DNA of 64,000 nt from Smithella sp. (GCA_035350895.1 DAOPVC010000001.1:2304-66303); one strand, 5' to 3'. Counted from the stretch's first letter, positions 12,536 through 23,988 are shown. Notes: generated by a model not told the origin, from the sequence alone. A program made the numbers and translations.

Positions 12536-13159
12536 ATGGCAGTCGCGGATGTTTTTGATATCGAAAAAAAGAAAGTTGCTGAAGTTGATCTGAATGATGC
12601 CGTATTCGGCGCTGATGTCAATGAAGCGGTCATATATGATGTGGTCAAAATGCAGTTAGCTGCAAGGCGCTCCGGTACGGCATCCACCAAAACCCGAAGC
12701 GATATCAGCGGCGGCGGCAAAAAACCATGGCGTCAAAAGGGAACCGGTCGCGCGAGGTCCGGGTCGTCGAGATCACCCATCTGGCGAAAAGGCGGAATCG
12801 TTTTCGGTCCTCATCCCAGAGATTATTCCTACAGTGTTCCGAGAAAAATTCGTAAAAAAGCGTTGATATCCGCTTTAAGCATGAAATTCAAAGAGAATAA
12901 GATGGTCATCTTGAAAGATTTCCCGATGGAAAAAATCAGCACGCGCGTTTTTCAAAAAGTTGTCGATCTCTTCGATTTGAAGAAAGCGCTTTTTGTGTTG
13001 GCTGATAACAACGAAGTCTTGTTGAAATCATCGCGTAATATAAAGAATGTTAAGATGATCAGGTCGGAAGGCATTAACGTTTATGATATTTTAAATTATG
13101 AACATTTGATCCTTCTCGAACCCTCCGTAAAAAAGATTGAGGGAGCTTTGCTGATATAA
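12536..13159 (+). CDS. rplD: 50S ribosomal protein L4
   Basis: GGGKKPWRQKGTGRARSGS motif, 207 aa. Confidence 0.97.
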   Translation: MAVADVFDIEKKKVAEVDLNDAVFGADVNEAVIYDVVKMQLAARRSGTASTKTRSDISGGGKKPWRQKGTGRARSGSSRSPIWRKGGIVFGPHPRDYSYSVPRKIRKKALISALSMKFKENKMVILKDFPMEKISTRVFQKVVDLFDLKKALFVLADNNEVLLKSSRNIKNVKMIRSEGINVYDILNYEHLILLEPSVKKIEGALLI

Positions 13160-13446
13160 TGGAAATTAACAAAATTATAAAAAGAATACTGGTTACGGAA
13201 AAGAGCACCGCAGCGCGGGATGCATCAAACAAATATTTTTTTGAAGTTGACCGTAAAGCGAACAAAGTGGAAATAGCGGGTGCGGTTGAAAAACTTTTTA
13301 AAGTCAAAGTGGTTGATGTTCGCGTCATGCATGTTTTGGGGAAAAAGAAAAGAATGGGAAGAATTGTAGGTCAAAAAAGCTCCTGGAAAAAAGCTGTAGT
13401 GACATTGGCCGCCGGTAACAGTATCGAATTTGCTGAAGGCGTATAA
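13159..13446 (+). CDS. rplW: 50S ribosomal protein L23
   Basis: 95 aa, VTEKS and FEVDRKANK motifs. Overlaps the rplD stop by 1 nt. Confidence 0.95.
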   Translation: MEINKIIKRILVTEKSTAARDASNKYFFEVDRKANKVEIAGAVEKLFKVKVVDVRVMHVLGKKKRMGRIVGQKSSWKKAVVTLAAGNSIEFAEGV

Positions 13447-13469
13447 GAATTGAGTTAAGGATTAGACTG

Positions 13470-14294
13470 ATGGCAATTATTAAGTATAAACCGACATCAC
13501 CGGGCAGAAGATTTCAGAGCGTTTCTGATTTCGCCGAGATTACCTCAACCGAACCGGTGAAGAGATTGTTGAAGCCTTTGAAGAAGAAAGGTGGTCGCAA
13601 CAGCTATGGAAGGGTTACGGCGCGTCATATCGGTGGAGGTCACAAACGCAAATATAGAATGATTGATTTTTGCCGGAACAAGGCTGATATTCCGGCCAGG
13701 GTTGCGTCGATTGAGTATGATCCGAACAGAACCGCGAGAATCGCTCTGCTCAATTACCGGGACGGCGAAAAACGATATATTGTCGCCCCAGCCCAGGTCA
13801 ATGTCGGTGATGTTTTGTACAGCGGTGAAAAAGCCGATATTAAACCGGGCAATGCTGTTCCGCTGAAGTACATTCCTCTGGGATCTTTGATTCACAATGT
13901 AGAATTAAAAGTCGGGCGCGGCGGACAGCTGATCAGATCAGCAGGAGCCTACGGTCAGTTGATGGCCAAAGAAGGAGATTACGCTCAGGTTCGCCTGCCT
14001 TCCGGCGAAGTCCGCAAGGTATTTATTGAATGCATGGCAACCATCGGACAGGTTGGCAATAATGAACACGAAAACATCAGTATCGGCAAAGCCGGACGAA
14101 AGCGCTGGCTGGGCAAAAAGCCGCACGTGCGCGGTGTCGTCATGAATCCGGTTGATCATCCGATGGGCGGCGGTGAAGGCAAGTCCTCCGGCGGCCGGCA
14201 TCCCTGTACGCCTTGGGGCATTCCGACAAAAGGTCATAAAACCAGAAAAAATAAGAGAACTGATAAGTATATTATTAAGAGAAGAGGTAAATAA
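13470..14294 (+). CDS. rplB: 50S ribosomal protein L2
   Basis: [14 protein letters not shown] start and [14 protein letters not shown] motif. Confidence 0.98.
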   Translation: MAIIKYKPTSPGRRFQSVSDFAEITSTEPVKRLLKPLKKKGGRNSYGRVTARHIGGGHKRKYRMIDFCRNKADIPARVASIEYDPNRTARIALLNYRDGEKRYIVAPAQVNVGDVLYSGEKADIKPGNAVPLKYIPLGSLIHNVELKVGRGGQLIRSAGAYGQLMAKEGDYAQVRLPSGEVRKVFIECMATIGQVGNNEHENISIGKAGRKRWLGKKPHVRGVVMNPVDHPMGGGEGKSSGGRHPCTPWGIPTKGHKTRKNKRTDKYIIKRRGK

Positions 14295-14296
14295 GC

Positions 14297-14575
14297 GTGG
14301 CACGTTCGATCAAAAAAGGTCCGTATATTGAAGAAAGGTTGCTGGCTAAAATCAGAAAAATGGAAGCCGAGGGAACCAAGAATGTTATCAAGACCTGGTC
14401 ACGGCGTTCAACCATCACACCGGAGCTGATCGGTTATACGTTGGCCGTGCATAACGGGAAAAAATTCATTCCGGTTTATGTCACGGAAAATATGGTGGGG
14501 CATAAGCTTGGAGAATTTGCGCCGACCAGAGTTTTCTTTTCGCATTCTGGAGATCGCAAGACTAAAGTGAGCTAG
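14297..14575 (+). CDS. rpsS: 30S ribosomal protein S19
   Basis: GTG start. ARSIKKGPY and [11 protein letters not shown] motifs. Confidence 0.97.
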   Translation: MARSIKKGPYIEERLLAKIRKMEAEGTKNVIKTWSRRSTITPELIGYTLAVHNGKKFIPVYVTENMVGHKLGEFAPTRVFFSHSGDRKTKVS

Positions 14576-14618
14576 CGGTATTTTAAAGATACAGCGGTAA
14601 GGTTTGGAGTTGATAAAT

Positions 14619-14951
14619 ATGGAAGCAAAAGCGGTTGCAAGACATATACGAATGTCGCCACAGAAGGTTAGGCTTGTGGCTGATCTGATCCGGGGGAAGA
14701 AAGTGCGGGAAGCGCGTAATATCCTCCTCTACACCCGAAAATACGCTGCAGGGATTGTCGCCAACGTGCTGAAGTCGGCAGTGGCCAATGCCGTACAGAA
14801 TCCCAACATTGACGAGAATATTCTTTATGTAAAAGAAGTTTTTGTGGATCAGGGACCGTCATTGAAGCGCTGGCGGGCAAGAGCGCAGGGAAGAGCGGCG
14901 GGGATCAAGAAAAGAAGTTCACATATTACTGTTATTTTGGACGAAATATAA
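14619..14951 (+). CDS. rplV: 50S ribosomal protein L22
   Basis: [26 protein letters not shown] from ATG 14619, with GGAG 8 nt upstream. The track ORF starts at TTG 14604. Confidence 0.94.
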   Translation: MEAKAVARHIRMSPQKVRLVADLIRGKKVREARNILLYTRKYAAGIVANVLKSAVANAVQNPNIDENILYVKEVFVDQGPSLKRWRARAQGRAAGIKKRSSHITVILDEI

Positions 14952-14963
14952 GGAGGTACGGTT

Positions 14964-15605
14964 TTGGGTCAGAAGGTTAACCCGGTAGGATTACGGTTGG
15001 GCTACATTAAGAAATGGCAATCGGTATGGTATACCGATAAAAAATACAGCGAAGTCCTGCACGAAGACTTGCAGATCAGAAAGTACCTGAAAAAGAAACT
15101 GTATCATGCGGGGATTTCCAAAATCGAGATTGAACGAGCGGCCAATAAAGCCAAGGTGAATATTTACTCGGCCCGACCCGGGGTGATCATCGGGAAAAAA
15201 GGATCCGAAATAGAGAAACTCAAATCGGAAATAGAAAAATTTTCGCAGGCGGAAATTATCATTAACATTCTGGAAGTACGCAAACCGGAAGTTGATGCTC
15301 AATTGGTTGCGGAAAATGTAGCCATGCAGTTGGAAAAGAGGGTTGCTTTTCGCCGGGCCATGAAGAAGTGCGTCGGATATGCCTTGAAATTCGGCGCCAA
15401 AGGAATCAAAATCGCGTGCTCGGGAAGATTGGGCGGCGCGGAAATGTCCCGTGCAGAATGGTACCGGGAAGGAAGAGTGCCGCTGCACACGCTGAGAGCT
15501 GACATTGATTACGGATTTACGGAGGCCAATACAGCCTACGGATTGATCGGCGTGAAAGTTTTCATTTTTCACGGGGAAGTTTTGCCGACAAAGAGTGATA
15601 AATAA
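14964..15605 (+). CDS. rpsC: 30S ribosomal protein S3
   Basis: TTG start after [19 protein letters not shown]-terminus and KH-domain sequence. Confidence 0.96.
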   Translation: MGQKVNPVGLRLGYIKKWQSVWYTDKKYSEVLHEDLQIRKYLKKKLYHAGISKIEIERAANKAKVNIYSARPGVIIGKKGSEIEKLKSEIEKFSQAEIIINILEVRKPEVDAQLVAENVAMQLEKRVAFRRAMKKCVGYALKFGAKGIKIACSGRLGGAEMSRAEWYREGRVPLHTLRADIDYGFTEANTAYGLIGVKVFIFHGEVLPTKSDK

Positions 15606-15613
15606 AATAAATT

Positions 15614-15646
15614 CTGCCTGCGTTTTGCGCAGTTCAAAACGGGCAG
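15614..15646 (+). other. Bulged 12-bp hairpin in the rpsC-rplP spacer
   Basis: CTGCC (15614..15618) pairs with GGCAG (15642..15646). CGTTTTG (15621..15627) pairs with CAAAACG (15635..15641). There is a 2-nt bulge and no U-tract follows. Confidence 0.45.
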
Positions 15647-15683
15647 CTATTGATGTGGTTAGGAAAATCGGGAGAGTAGTTTT

Positions 15684-16106
15684 ATGTTAATGCCGAAAAG
15701 GGTAAAATTCAGAAAATTGCAAAAAGGGCGAATGGGCGGCAAGGCGACCAGAGGGAGTTCCATCGCTTTTGGCGAATATGGATTGCAGGCGGCGGAATGC
15801 GGCTGGATAACATCCCGCCAAATTGAAGCGGCTCGTGTTGCCATGACTCGTCATGTCAAACGCGGGGGCAGAATCTGGATCAGAATATTTCCCCATAAGT
15901 CCATAACGAAAAAACCGGCGGAAACCCGTATGGGTAAAGGTAAAGGCGCTCCTGAAGGATGGGTGGCGGTGGTCAAGCCCGGATCGGTTCTTTATGAAAT
16001 GGAGGGCGTTTCCAAAGAAGTAGCAAAGGAAGCGTTTCGCTTGGCGGCCCATAAACTATCCATAGCAACAAAATTTTTATCGAGGGATATCGCTGATGAA
16101 AATTAA
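15684..16106 (+). CDS. rplP: 50S ribosomal protein L16
   Basis: [17 protein letters not shown] start, 140 aa. Confidence 0.97.
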   Translation: MLMPKRVKFRKLQKGRMGGKATRGSSIAFGEYGLQAAECGWITSRQIEAARVAMTRHVKRGGRIWIRIFPHKSITKKPAETRMGKGKGAPEGWVAVVKPGSVLYEMEGVSKEVAKEAFRLAAHKLSIATKFLSRDIADEN

Positions 16107-16290
16107 AGAAATCAGAGCTCTCGACGTCAGCGGGCTCAAACAAAAAATCGCTGAATTGAGTGAAGAACTTTTCCGGTTAAAGATCAGACATGCATCGGGG
16201 CAACTCGAATCAACAGTCATGCTTGGTAAAATACGCAGGGATATCGCCCGTGTCAACACCGTGTTGAAAGAAAAGGAGGCAGCGAGTTAA
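16096..16290 (+). CDS. rpmC: 50S ribosomal protein L29
   Basis: 64 aa, [15 protein letters not shown] motif. Overlaps the rplP end by 11 nt. Confidence 0.93.
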   Translation: MKIKEIRALDVSGLKQKIAELSEELFRLKIRHASGQLESTVMLGKIRRDIARVNTVLKEKEAAS

Positions 16291-16293
16291 TCC

Positions 16294-16551
16294 ATGACTG
16301 AAAGAGGAAATAAACGCACGATCAAAGGCGTGGTGATAAGCAACAAAATGGATAAAACCATCGTGGTCAGGGCCGAGCGCCTGGTGAAGCATCCGGTTTT
16401 TCATAAGTATGTGCGTAAACATGTGAAATACAAAGCTCATGACGAGAAAAATCAGAGCAAGTTGGGGGATACAGTTTTAATTATTGAATCAAGGCCGTTG
16501 AGTAAAGAGAAGCGCTGGCGGATGCTGGAAATTCTGGAAAAGGCAAAATAG
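16294..16551 (+). CDS. rpsQ: 30S ribosomal protein S17
   Basis: KGVVISNKMDKTIVV and KYKAHDEKN motifs, 85 aa. Confidence 0.95.
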   Translation: MTERGNKRTIKGVVISNKMDKTIVVRAERLVKHPVFHKYVRKHVKYKAHDEKNQSKLGDTVLIIESRPLSKEKRWRMLEILEKAK

Positions 16552-16596
16552 ATTGAGTGACTTATTCAATGAAGTCAGTTTGATGAGGATTTTTTT

Positions 16597-16965
16597 ATGA
16601 TTCAGATGCAGACCATATTAAATGTTGCGGATAACTCCGGTGCCAAGAAGGTTGCTTGCATCAAGGTGCTGGGCGGATCGAAGCGGCGTTATGCAAGTTT
16701 GGGGGATGTGATTGTTGTTTCCGTGAAGGAAGCAATTCCCAATTCCAAGGTTAAAAAAGGTGATGTCATTAAAGCGGTTATCGTGCGCACCGTCAAGGAA
16801 GTAAGAAGACCGGACGGCTCTTATCTGAAATTTGACGACAATTCGGCGGTGTTGATTTCCAATCAGATGGAACCAATCGGAACAAGAATTTTTGGACCTG
16901 TCGCCCGCGAATTAAGAGCGAGACAGTTCATGAAAATTATATCTCTGGCTCCTGAAGTTTTGTAA
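16597..16965 (+). CDS. rplN: 50S ribosomal protein L14
   Basis: [17 protein letters not shown] start, 122 aa. Confidence 0.98.
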   Translation: MIQMQTILNVADNSGAKKVACIKVLGGSKRRYASLGDVIVVSVKEAIPNSKVKKGDVIKAVIVRTVKEVRRPDGSYLKFDDNSAVLISNQMEPIGTRIFGPVARELRARQFMKIISLAPEVL

Positions 16966-16987
16966 AAAAGATTCGCAGAGGGAAAAA

Positions 16988-17311
16988 ATGAGTTTAAGCA
17001 AATTAAGAAAAGGGGATACGGTTAAAGTTCTTGCCGGTAAAGATAAGGGTAAGACGGGAAAGGTCCTGGCGGTCATTCCTGAAAAGAACAGGATTGTGGT
17101 AGAGAAGGTTAATATCATTAAAAAACACAAACGACCTGACCAGAAATCCAAGGGCGGAATCGTGGAAAAAGAAGGTTCCATTCACATATCCAATGCCGGA
17201 TTGTTCTGCAGCAAATGCAACAAAGCCGTCAGGATACAAAGCAAAAAACTGGAAGATGGAAAGAAAGTACGCATCTGCAGCAAATGCAAAGAAGCAATTA
17301 ATGTGGGTTAA
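16988..17311 (+). CDS. rplX: 50S ribosomal protein L24
   Basis: [23 protein letters not shown] motif, 107 aa. Confidence 0.95.
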   Translation: MSLSKLRKGDTVKVLAGKDKGKTGKVLAVIPEKNRIVVEKVNIIKKHKRPDQKSKGGIVEKEGSIHISNAGLFCSKCNKAVRIQSKKLEDGKKVRICSKCKEAINVG

Positions 17312-17316
17312 ATAAA

Positions 17317-17856
17317 ATGGCAAGATTAAAAGATTATTATTTGAAAACGGTAGTTCCGGCTCTGGTCAAAGAGTTCAATTATAAGAATCCGATGCAAGTG
17401 CCCAAAATGGATAAGATTGTCATCAATATGGGTCTTGGCGAAGCCATTCAGAACGTAAAGATTATTGACGGCGCCGTGCAGGAACTGGCGGCGATTACAG
17501 GCCAGAAGCCGATCGTCAACAAGGCGAAAAAATCTATTGCGACGTTTAAGCTCAGACAGGGTATGCCGATCGGTTGTTCTGTCACGCTGAGAAAACAAAT
17601 TATGTATGAATTTTTTGATCGTCTGGTGAACGCCGCACTGCCCAAGGTCAGAGATTTTCGTGGCATATCGCCGAATGCTTTTGACGGCAGGGGGAATTTT
17701 TCCATCGGGTTGCAGGAACAGATCATTTTCCCTGAAATTGATTATGATAAAATTGAAAAAAATAAAGGAATGAATATTACCATTGTGACCACGGCAAAAA
17801 CCGACGCGGAAGCCCGATTTTTGCTGAAAATGATGGGCGTTCCTTTCAAACAGTAA
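17317..17856 (+). CDS. rplE: 50S ribosomal protein L5
   Basis: MARLKDYY start, [18 protein letters not shown] motif, 179 aa. Confidence 0.97.
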   Translation: MARLKDYYLKTVVPALVKEFNYKNPMQVPKMDKIVINMGLGEAIQNVKIIDGAVQELAAITGQKPIVNKAKKSIATFKLRQGMPIGCSVTLRKQIMYEFFDRLVNAALPKVRDFRGISPNAFDGRGNFSIGLQEQIIFPEIDYDKIEKNKGMNITIVTTAKTDAEARFLLKMMGVPFKQ

Positions 17857-17882
17857 ATTGTTAAGCTCCGGAGGAATTTTGC

Positions 17883-18068
17883 GTGGCTAAAAAGTCATTG
17901 ATAGCGAAGGCGAAAAGAGAGAAGAAATTTTCGGTCAGAGAATATAACCGCTGTCCTCTTTGCGGACGGCCGCGGGCATATTACAGAAAATTTGACATGT
18001 GCAGAATTTGTTTGCGTAAACTTTCCCTGCAGGGAGAACTCCCCGGGGTAATAAAATCCAGTTGGTAA
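17883..18068 (+). CDS. rpsN: 30S ribosomal protein S14, short zinc-binding type Z
   Basis: 61 aa with a GTG start. Has the CPLCGRP...CRIC pair of CxxC motifs and ends in W. Confidence 0.94.
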   Translation: MAKKSLIAKAKREKKFSVREYNRCPLCGRPRAYYRKFDMCRICLRKLSLQGELPGVIKSSW

Positions 18069-18090
18069 CTTCAGTTTAAGGAGAAAAAGC

Positions 18091-18492
18091 ATGGGGATGA
18101 CGGATCCTATTGCCGATATGTTAACCAGAATCAGAAACGCGAATAAAGCGCGTTTCAAGAAAGTTCATGTCAGTGTATCGCAGATGAATGTTAATATTGC
18201 CGGTGTGTTGAAAAAGACAGGTTATATTGGTAATTATGAGAAGGTCAAAGATGAAAAAGGTGGGCAGACGCTGGAAATAATTCTTAAATATCCCGACTCC
18301 AAGCGTACGGTGATTACGAATATCAAGAGAGTCAGCAAGCCGGGACGCAGAATTTATGTTCCCGCGGACAGCATTCCCAAAGTCTTGAACGGTTTGGGAA
18401 TTTCTATTCTTTCAACTTCCAAAGGTGTCATCACCGACGCGGAAGCCAGAGAGTTAAATGTTGGCGGAGAAATTCTCTGTAACGTTTGGTAG
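18091..18492 (+). CDS. rpsH: 30S ribosomal protein S8
   Basis: TDPIADMLTRIRNA motif, 133 aa. Confidence 0.97.
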   Translation: MGMTDPIADMLTRIRNANKARFKKVHVSVSQMNVNIAGVLKKTGYIGNYEKVKDEKGGQTLEIILKYPDSKRTVITNIKRVSKPGRRIYVPADSIPKVLNGLGISILSTSKGVITDAEARELNVGGEILCNVW

Positions 18493-18528
18493 TTTGAACA
18501 TTATGATAATAAGCAGGAGCTGTGGTTC

Positions 18529-19068
18529 ATGTCGAGAATAGGTAAAAAACCAATAAGTTTTCCCAAAAATGTCAAAATCAGCCAGAACGCTGATGTAATC
18601 AAGGTTGAAGGACCCAAGGGGGCTCTTTCTTCTAAATTGCCTGAAGGAATTAATATTAAGGTAGATGATGGCAGCATCTCGGTGGAGAGAAAATCAGAAG
18701 CGCTTGCCGTTCGTTCCTACCATGGCTTGACCCGAACACTGATCGACAATATGGTGAAAGGCGTTACCACCGGCTTTGAAAAAAAACTCGAAATATCCGG
18801 AGTCGGTTACCGCGCTGAAGCTGCCGATAAAATTCTGAAATTGATCTTGGGATTTTCCAGCCCGGTGCAATACGATATTCCCAAGGGAATCGACGTCAAG
18901 ATTGATAAACAGGTGAGCATTGTTGTTTCCGGCATTGACAAAGAATTGGTCGGAAGAGTCGCGGCAGAAATAAGGTCTTTAAGAAAACCGGAGCCCTACA
19001 AAGGCAAGGGTATCAAATATGCTGACGAATATATTAAGCGCAAAGCCGGCAAGTCGGCCAGTGCTTAA
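18529..19068 (+). CDS. rplF: 50S ribosomal protein L6
   Basis: MSRIGKKPI start, PEPYKGKGIKY motif. Confidence 0.97.
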   Translation: MSRIGKKPISFPKNVKISQNADVIKVEGPKGALSSKLPEGINIKVDDGSISVERKSEALAVRSYHGLTRTLIDNMVKGVTTGFEKKLEISGVGYRAEAADKILKLILGFSSPVQYDIPKGIDVKIDKQVSIVVSGIDKELVGRVAAEIRSLRKPEPYKGKGIKYADEYIKRKAGKSASA

Positions 19069-19107
19069 TTTGAGAAAAATAATATTTTACCGTAAAGAGG
19101 TAGAAAA

Positions 19108-19473
19108 TTGGCTTCGAAAAAAACATTAAAAATCAGAGAAAAGAGAGAAAAAAGAACAAGGTCGAAACTTGTTGGAACACAGGAAAGGCCTCGCCTGTCC
19201 GTCTTCCGGAGTGACAGGCATATTTATGTTCAAGCCATCAATGATGCCCAGGCAAACACTCTGGCCACCGCATCAACGCTGTGCAAAGAAGTAGCGAAAA
19301 AGATCAAAGATAAAAACAAAACGGATGTGGCCAGGGAAGTTGGCAAGTTGATTGCTGAACGTTTAAAAGCCAAGGGAATTGACAAGGTAGTGTTTGATCG
19401 GGGAAGGTTTCTCTATCACGGGCGTGTTAAGGCGTTGGCTGAAGCCGCCAGGGAAAGCGGTCTGAAATTTTAA
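19108..19473 (+). CDS. rplR: 50S ribosomal protein L18
   Basis: TTG start. [16 protein letters not shown] and [21 protein letters not shown] motifs. Confidence 0.95.
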   Translation: MASKKTLKIREKREKRTRSKLVGTQERPRLSVFRSDRHIYVQAINDAQANTLATASTLCKEVAKKIKDKNKTDVAREVGKLIAERLKAKGIDKVVFDRGRFLYHGRVKALAEAARESGLKF

Positions 19474-19510
19474 TTTTATTAAATAAAAAAGATAATAAAG
19501 GAAAGAACCT

Positions 19511-19996
19511 TTGGACAAGAAAGAAAAAGAAATGAAAGATATGGAGCTTCTGGACCGGGTTGTCGCCATTAACAGAACGGCGAAGGTGGTCAAGGGCGGC
19601 AGACGTTTCCGTTTCAGCGCCATTGTGGTTGTGGGAGACGGCAACGGAATGATCGGCACAGGATTGGGGAAAGCACATGAAGTTCCCGAAGCAATCCGCA
19701 AGGGCATGGACATGGCTAAGAAAAATATGGTGAAAGTTGCCGTTGTGGAAAGAACCATTCCATATGAAGTCATTGGACGTTACGGCGCAGGCAAAGTCCT
19801 TTTAAAACCGGCATCCGAAGGAACGGGATTGATTGCCGGCGGCGCTGTCCGGGCGGTGCTGGAGGTTGCCGGCGTTCATAATGTTTTGACCAAATGTCTG
19901 GGGTCTCATAATCCTCATAACCTGGTGAAAGCAACTCTGGAAGGCCTCTGTCAATTGAAAAATCCGGAAGAGATTGCCGCCCAGAGAGGCAAGTAG
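19511..19996 (+). CDS. rpsE: 30S ribosomal protein S5
   Basis: TTG start. [24 protein letters not shown] motif. Confidence 0.96.
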   Translation: MDKKEKEMKDMELLDRVVAINRTAKVVKGGRRFRFSAIVVVGDGNGMIGTGLGKAHEVPEAIRKGMDMAKKNMVKVAVVERTIPYEVIGRYGAGKVLLKPASEGTGLIAGGAVRAVLEVAGVHNVLTKCLGSHNPHNLVKATLEGLCQLKNPEEIAAQRGK

Positions 19997-20027
19997 TTCC
20001 GTCAATCATACGATGAGGTAGATAAAC

Positions 20028-20216
20028 GTGGGTAAAATGTTAAAGATAACAAAAGTAAAAAGTGTAATCGGCCGTCCCGAAAAACAGAGAAAAATTTTAA
20101 AGGGGATGGGCCTGACCAAATTAAATAAAACAGTCACTTTGTCTGATACGCCGCAGATACGCGGTATGATCAATAAAGTCATTCATTTAGTGTCCGTGGA
20201 AGAGTCAAAGGAGTAA
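20028..20216 (+). CDS. rpmD: 50S ribosomal protein L30
   Basis: [24 protein letters not shown] motif. The start may be GTG 20028 or ATG 20037. Confidence 0.92.
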   Translation: MGKMLKITKVKSVIGRPEKQRKILKGMGLTKLNKTVTLSDTPQIRGMINKVIHLVSVEESKE

Positions 20217-20219
20217 AAT

Positions 20220-20666
20220 ATGGATCTGAGTTCATTAAAAGTTCCCGTGGGCGCGACAAAAAAACGCAAGCGCGTTGGACGGGGCAATGCTTCCGGTCAT
20301 GGTGGGACATCCGGCAAAGGCCACAAGGGGCAGAAGGCTCGTTCCGGCGGAAAAGTAAGAATGGGGTTTGAAGGCGGACAAATGCCGATGGCGCGGCGTT
20401 TGCCAAAACGCGGCTTCCGCAATCCTTTCCGGGAGAAATTTGTCGCGGTCAATATCCTCGATTTATGCCGGAAGTTCAGCAAAGGCGCGGTTATTGATGA
20501 AGCGGCTCTTGTGAAAAACGGTATTGTTAAAAAAGAAGGAATCAATATCAAAATTCTGGCCAAGGGCGAGATTGATTTTCCCGTTACGTTAAAGATAGCC
20601 AGAATCAGCCCGGCCGCGAAAAATAAAATTACCGCTGCGGGCGGTTCGGTGGAAGAGGTAATCTGA
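20220..20666 (+). CDS. rplO: 50S ribosomal protein L15
   Basis: [24 protein letters not shown] motif, 148 aa. Confidence 0.96.
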   Translation: MDLSSLKVPVGATKKRKRVGRGNASGHGGTSGKGHKGQKARSGGKVRMGFEGGQMPMARRLPKRGFRNPFREKFVAVNILDLCRKFSKGAVIDEAALVKNGIVKKEGINIKILAKGEIDFPVTLKIARISPAAKNKITAAGGSVEEVI

Positions 20667-20667
20667 G

Positions 20668-21975
20668 TTGTTAGAAGGGCTGGGCGGCGTATCTAAAATT
20701 CCGGAACTGCAAAGAAGGATTTTGTTCACGATTCTTCTTCTGGGCGTTTATCGCATTGGTGTTTACATTCCCACTCCCGGGATCGACAATGTCGCTCTCC
20801 TAGCTTATTTTGAACATGCCAAAGGCTCGTTGTTCGGTCTGATGGATATGTTTGCCGGAGGCGCTTTCAGCAATTTTTCTATTTTTGCCCTGGGCATTAT
20901 GCCCTATATCAGTTCTTCGATTATTTTGCAGTTGCTGACGATTGCGGTTCCGCATTTGGAACGGCTGTCCAAGGAAGGTGAATCGGGCAGGCGCAAAATC
21001 ACGCAATACACCCGTTACGGGACTGTTCTTTTAAGTATGATTCAGGGATTCGGCATCGCTTTCGGTTTGCAGCAGATGGCCGGACCTTCAGGAGCCCCGA
21101 TTGTTTTGAACCCGGGCATTGGCTTTGTTTTGATGACGATGATTACGCTGACATCCGGCACGGCCTTTATCATGTGGCTCGGTGAAGTCATTACGGAAAA
21201 AGGCATCGGTAACGGCATATCACTGATCATTTTTGCCGGTATTGTTTGCCGGATACCGGCGGCAATCGGAAATACCTTTAGACTGGCCACGGCCGGTGAA
21301 CTGGGGGTATTGATTATCTTGTTAATTACCGCTTTAATGGTGGCGGTGGTTGGCGCGATTGTTTTCGTGGAAGGCGGGCAGCGCCGCATTCCCGTACAGT
21401 ACGCCAAGAGAGTTGTCGGTCGGAAGATGTATGGAGGACAGACAACGCATCTGCCTCTGAAAGTGAATACATCAGGAGTTATTCCGCCGATTTTTGCATC
21501 GTCGGTGATTATGTTTCCGGCAACGATTGCTAATTTTGCTCCGCAGACCTGGATGAAGGATATCGCTTCTTACCTGGTACCGGGCAGACTGGCTTATGAA
21601 GTTCTTTATGTTGCTTTTATCTTTTTCTTTTGCTTCTTCTACACGGCGGTGACTTTCAAACCCGATGACGTTGCGGAAAACATGAAGAAATACGGTGGTT
21701 ATGTGCCGGGAATCAGACCCGGGAAGAAAACCGCCGAGTATATTGAAAACGTCCTGGAGAAATTGACATTCAGCGGTGCAATCTATGTTTCCATCATTTG
21801 CGTGCTGCCCAGTGTTTTGATTGCTCAGTTAAACGTTCCATTTTATTTCGGCGGAACGGCGCTCTTGATTGTTGTCGGCGTGGCGATGGATACGGCAAGT
21901 CAAATTGAATCGCACCTTTTGACCAGGCAATATGAAGGATTCATGAAAAAGGGCCACATTGCCCGCAGGAGATAA
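20668..21975 (+). CDS. secY: Preprotein translocase subunit SecY
   Basis: 435 aa and multi-TM. TTG start. Has LGIMPYISSSIILQLL and GGTALLIVVGVAMDT motifs. Confidence 0.97.
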   Translation: MLEGLGGVSKIPELQRRILFTILLLGVYRIGVYIPTPGIDNVALLAYFEHAKGSLFGLMDMFAGGAFSNFSIFALGIMPYISSSIILQLLTIAVPHLERLSKEGESGRRKITQYTRYGTVLLSMIQGFGIAFGLQQMAGPSGAPIVLNPGIGFVLMTMITLTSGTAFIMWLGEVITEKGIGNGISLIIFAGIVCRIPAAIGNTFRLATAGELGVLIILLITALMVAVVGAIVFVEGGQRRIPVQYAKRVVGRKMYGGQTTHLPLKVNTSGVIPPIFASSVIMFPATIANFAPQTWMKDIASYLVPGRLAYEVLYVAFIFFFCFFYTAVTFKPDDVAENMKKYGGYVPGIRPGKKTAEYIENVLEKLTFSGAIYVSIICVLPSVLIAQLNVPFYFGGTALLIVVGVAMDTASQIESHLLTRQYEGFMKKGHIARRR

Positions 21976-21987
21976 CGGAAGATTATC

Positions 21988-22737
21988 ATGGTTATTCTGA
22001 AGCTTCCGGAAGAAATTGAAAAAGCAAGAGCGAGCAACCGTATCGTTGCAGAGGTTTTAAGCAGACTGAGAGAAAAAGTCAAACCGGGTGTCAAAACAAA
22101 AGACCTGGATGCGTTTGCGGAGGGGATCGCGGAAAAAAGAGGAGCCAGGCCGGCCTTTAAAGGGTATCATGGCTATCCGCACTCTCTGTGCATATCGATA
22201 AACGAAGTGGTTGTGCACGGCATGCCTTCAGAGCGGGTGCTCATGGAAGGAGACATTGTTGGACTTGATTTTGGAGTCTGTTATCAGGGCTTCTACGGTG
22301 ACGCAACCATAACCTTGCCGGTGGGCAGGGTGACGGACAGAGCCTTAAAGCTGATGCAGGTTACCGAACAGAGTTTATACGCCGGTATAGAGCAGGCCAG
22401 AGAAGGCAACCGATTGGGCGACATATCTGCCGCTGTTCAATCCGTGGCCGAAGACGCAGGGTATTCGGTGGTTCGAGACTTCGTCGGTCACGGCATAGGA
22501 AAGAATCTGCACGAGGAACCGCAGATTCCCAATTTCGGTCAAAAGGGACGAGGCATCGAGCTGAAGAAGGGAATGATTCTGGCGATTGAGCCGATGGTCA
22601 ATGAAGGCCAGTTCAGAGTTCAGATTTTGCCGGACGGTTGGACGGTTGTTACGAAAGACGGCAGCTTGTCGGCTCATTTTGAGCATTCGGTGGCGATCAC
22701 GGAAAACGGTCCTGACATATTAAGTAAACTGAACTAG
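21988..22737 (+). CDS. map: Type I methionine aminopeptidase
   Basis: 249 aa. [19 protein letters not shown] and AHFEHSV metal-site motifs. Confidence 0.95.
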   Translation: MVILKLPEEIEKARASNRIVAEVLSRLREKVKPGVKTKDLDAFAEGIAEKRGARPAFKGYHGYPHSLCISINEVVVHGMPSERVLMEGDIVGLDFGVCYQGFYGDATITLPVGRVTDRALKLMQVTEQSLYAGIEQAREGNRLGDISAAVQSVAEDAGYSVVRDFVGHGIGKNLHEEPQIPNFGQKGRGIELKKGMILAIEPMVNEGQFRVQILPDGWTVVTKDGSLSAHFEHSVAITENGPDILSKLN

Positions 22738-22757
22738 TTTTGGGTAATGAAAAGAGT

Positions 22758-22976
22758 ATGGCCAAAGAGGAAGCAATAGAAGTTGAAGGGAGAGTGATTG
22801 AGCCCCTGCCCAATGCCATGTTCCGGGTGGAACTGGACAACGGACACAAGGTGCTGGCCCATATATCCGGTAAGATGCGCATGCATTTTATTAAGATCCT
22901 GCCGGGAGATAAAGTGACGGTCGAACTTTCACCTTATGACTTAACCCGGGGGCGCATTACTTACAGGACGAAGTGA
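22758..22976 (+). CDS. infA: Translation initiation factor IF-1
   Basis: [30 protein letters not shown] from ATG 22758. The track ORF starts at TTG 22740. Confidence 0.95.
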   Translation: MAKEEAIEVEGRVIEPLPNAMFRVELDNGHKVLAHISGKMRMHFIKILPGDKVTVELSPYDLTRGRITYRTK

Positions 22977-23009
22977 AAACATTTTTACTGAAAATGAGGA
23001 GTTAAGATC

Positions 23010-23123
23010 GTGAAGGTTAGATCGTCAGTCAAAAAAATATGCGAGAAATGTAAAATTGTCAAACGCAAAGGTGTTTTGCGGGTGATTTGTGAAAATCCCA
23101 AGCACAAACAGCGTCAGGGATAG
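23010..23123 (+). CDS. rpmJ: 50S ribosomal protein L36 (below the ORF-track size cutoff)
   Basis: Hand translation from GTG 23010 gives [37 protein letters not shown] and a stop at 23121..23123. GAGGAG lies 7 nt upstream. Confidence 0.93.
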   Translation: MKVRSSVKKICEKCKIVKRKGVLRVICENPKHKQRQG

Positions 23124-23148
23124 TTTTTAAACATTCAGGAGGTTATAG

Positions 23149-23517
23149 GTGGCACGAATTTCAGGTGTTGATTTACCGAAAAATAAGAGAATGGAAGTTG
23201 CTTTAACTTACATTTACGGCATTGGGCCGGCTAAGGCGAGGCAGATCCTTAAAAATTCCGGCGTCAGTCCGGACACAAGAACGGATGATCTGGCCGATTC
23301 GGAAATATCAGCAATCAGAAGTATCATTGACAAGGATCACAAGGTAGAAGGCGATCTGCGCAGAGATACGTCCATGTCCGTCAAGCGTCTGATGGATATC
23401 GGAACTTACCGGGGTTTGCGGCATCGCAAGGGACTTCCCGTAAGAGGTCAGAGAACACATACGAACGGACGAACCAGAAAAGGTCCGCGCAGAGCGATTG
23501 CAGGCAAGAAAAAGTAA
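23149..23517 (+). CDS. rpsM: 30S ribosomal protein S13
   Basis: GTG start. [13 protein letters not shown] and [17 protein letters not shown] motifs. Confidence 0.97.
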   Translation: MARISGVDLPKNKRMEVALTYIYGIGPAKARQILKNSGVSPDTRTDDLADSEISAIRSIIDKDHKVEGDLRRDTSMSVKRLMDIGTYRGLRHRKGLPVRGQRTHTNGRTRKGPRRAIAGKKK

Positions 23518-23543
23518 TTTAATTATTTCCAGCTGGAGGCATC

Positions 23544-23936
23544 ATGGCGAAAGCAGTCAGAAAAACTGGCAAGAAAAAAGAAAAGAAAAATATCACCGAA
23601 GGTATTGCGCATATTCAGTCGACGTTCAATAATACGATTGTTACCATAACCGATATGAGCGGTAATGTCATCGCCTGGTCTTCGTCCGGACTTCAGGGTT
23701 TCAAGGGATCGCGCAAGAGCACGCCTTTTGCGGCGCAGATGGCTGCGGAAGATGTTGTGCGCAAGGCCAAAGAGCAGGGAATGCGCAAGGTCCAGGTTTA
23801 TATCAAGGGCCCCGGCGCCGGCAGAGAGTCTGCATTGCGCTCATTGCAGATAGCCGGTTTGACGATAACTTTGATTCGCGATGTGACGCCTGTTCCGCAT
23901 AACGGATGCCGGCCGCCGAAACGTCGCAGAGTGTAA
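23544..23936 (+). CDS. rpsK: 30S ribosomal protein S11
   Basis: [18 protein letters not shown] and [12 protein letters not shown] motifs. Confidence 0.97.
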   Translation: MAKAVRKTGKKKEKKNITEGIAHIQSTFNNTIVTITDMSGNVIAWSSSGLQGFKGSRKSTPFAAQMAAEDVVRKAKEQGMRKVQVYIKGPGAGRESALRSLQIAGLTITLIRDVTPVPHNGCRPPKRRRV

Positions 23937-23988
23937 ATGTAAATCACAGGAATAATAATTTATCAGGAAATATTATAGGGAGGCTTTT

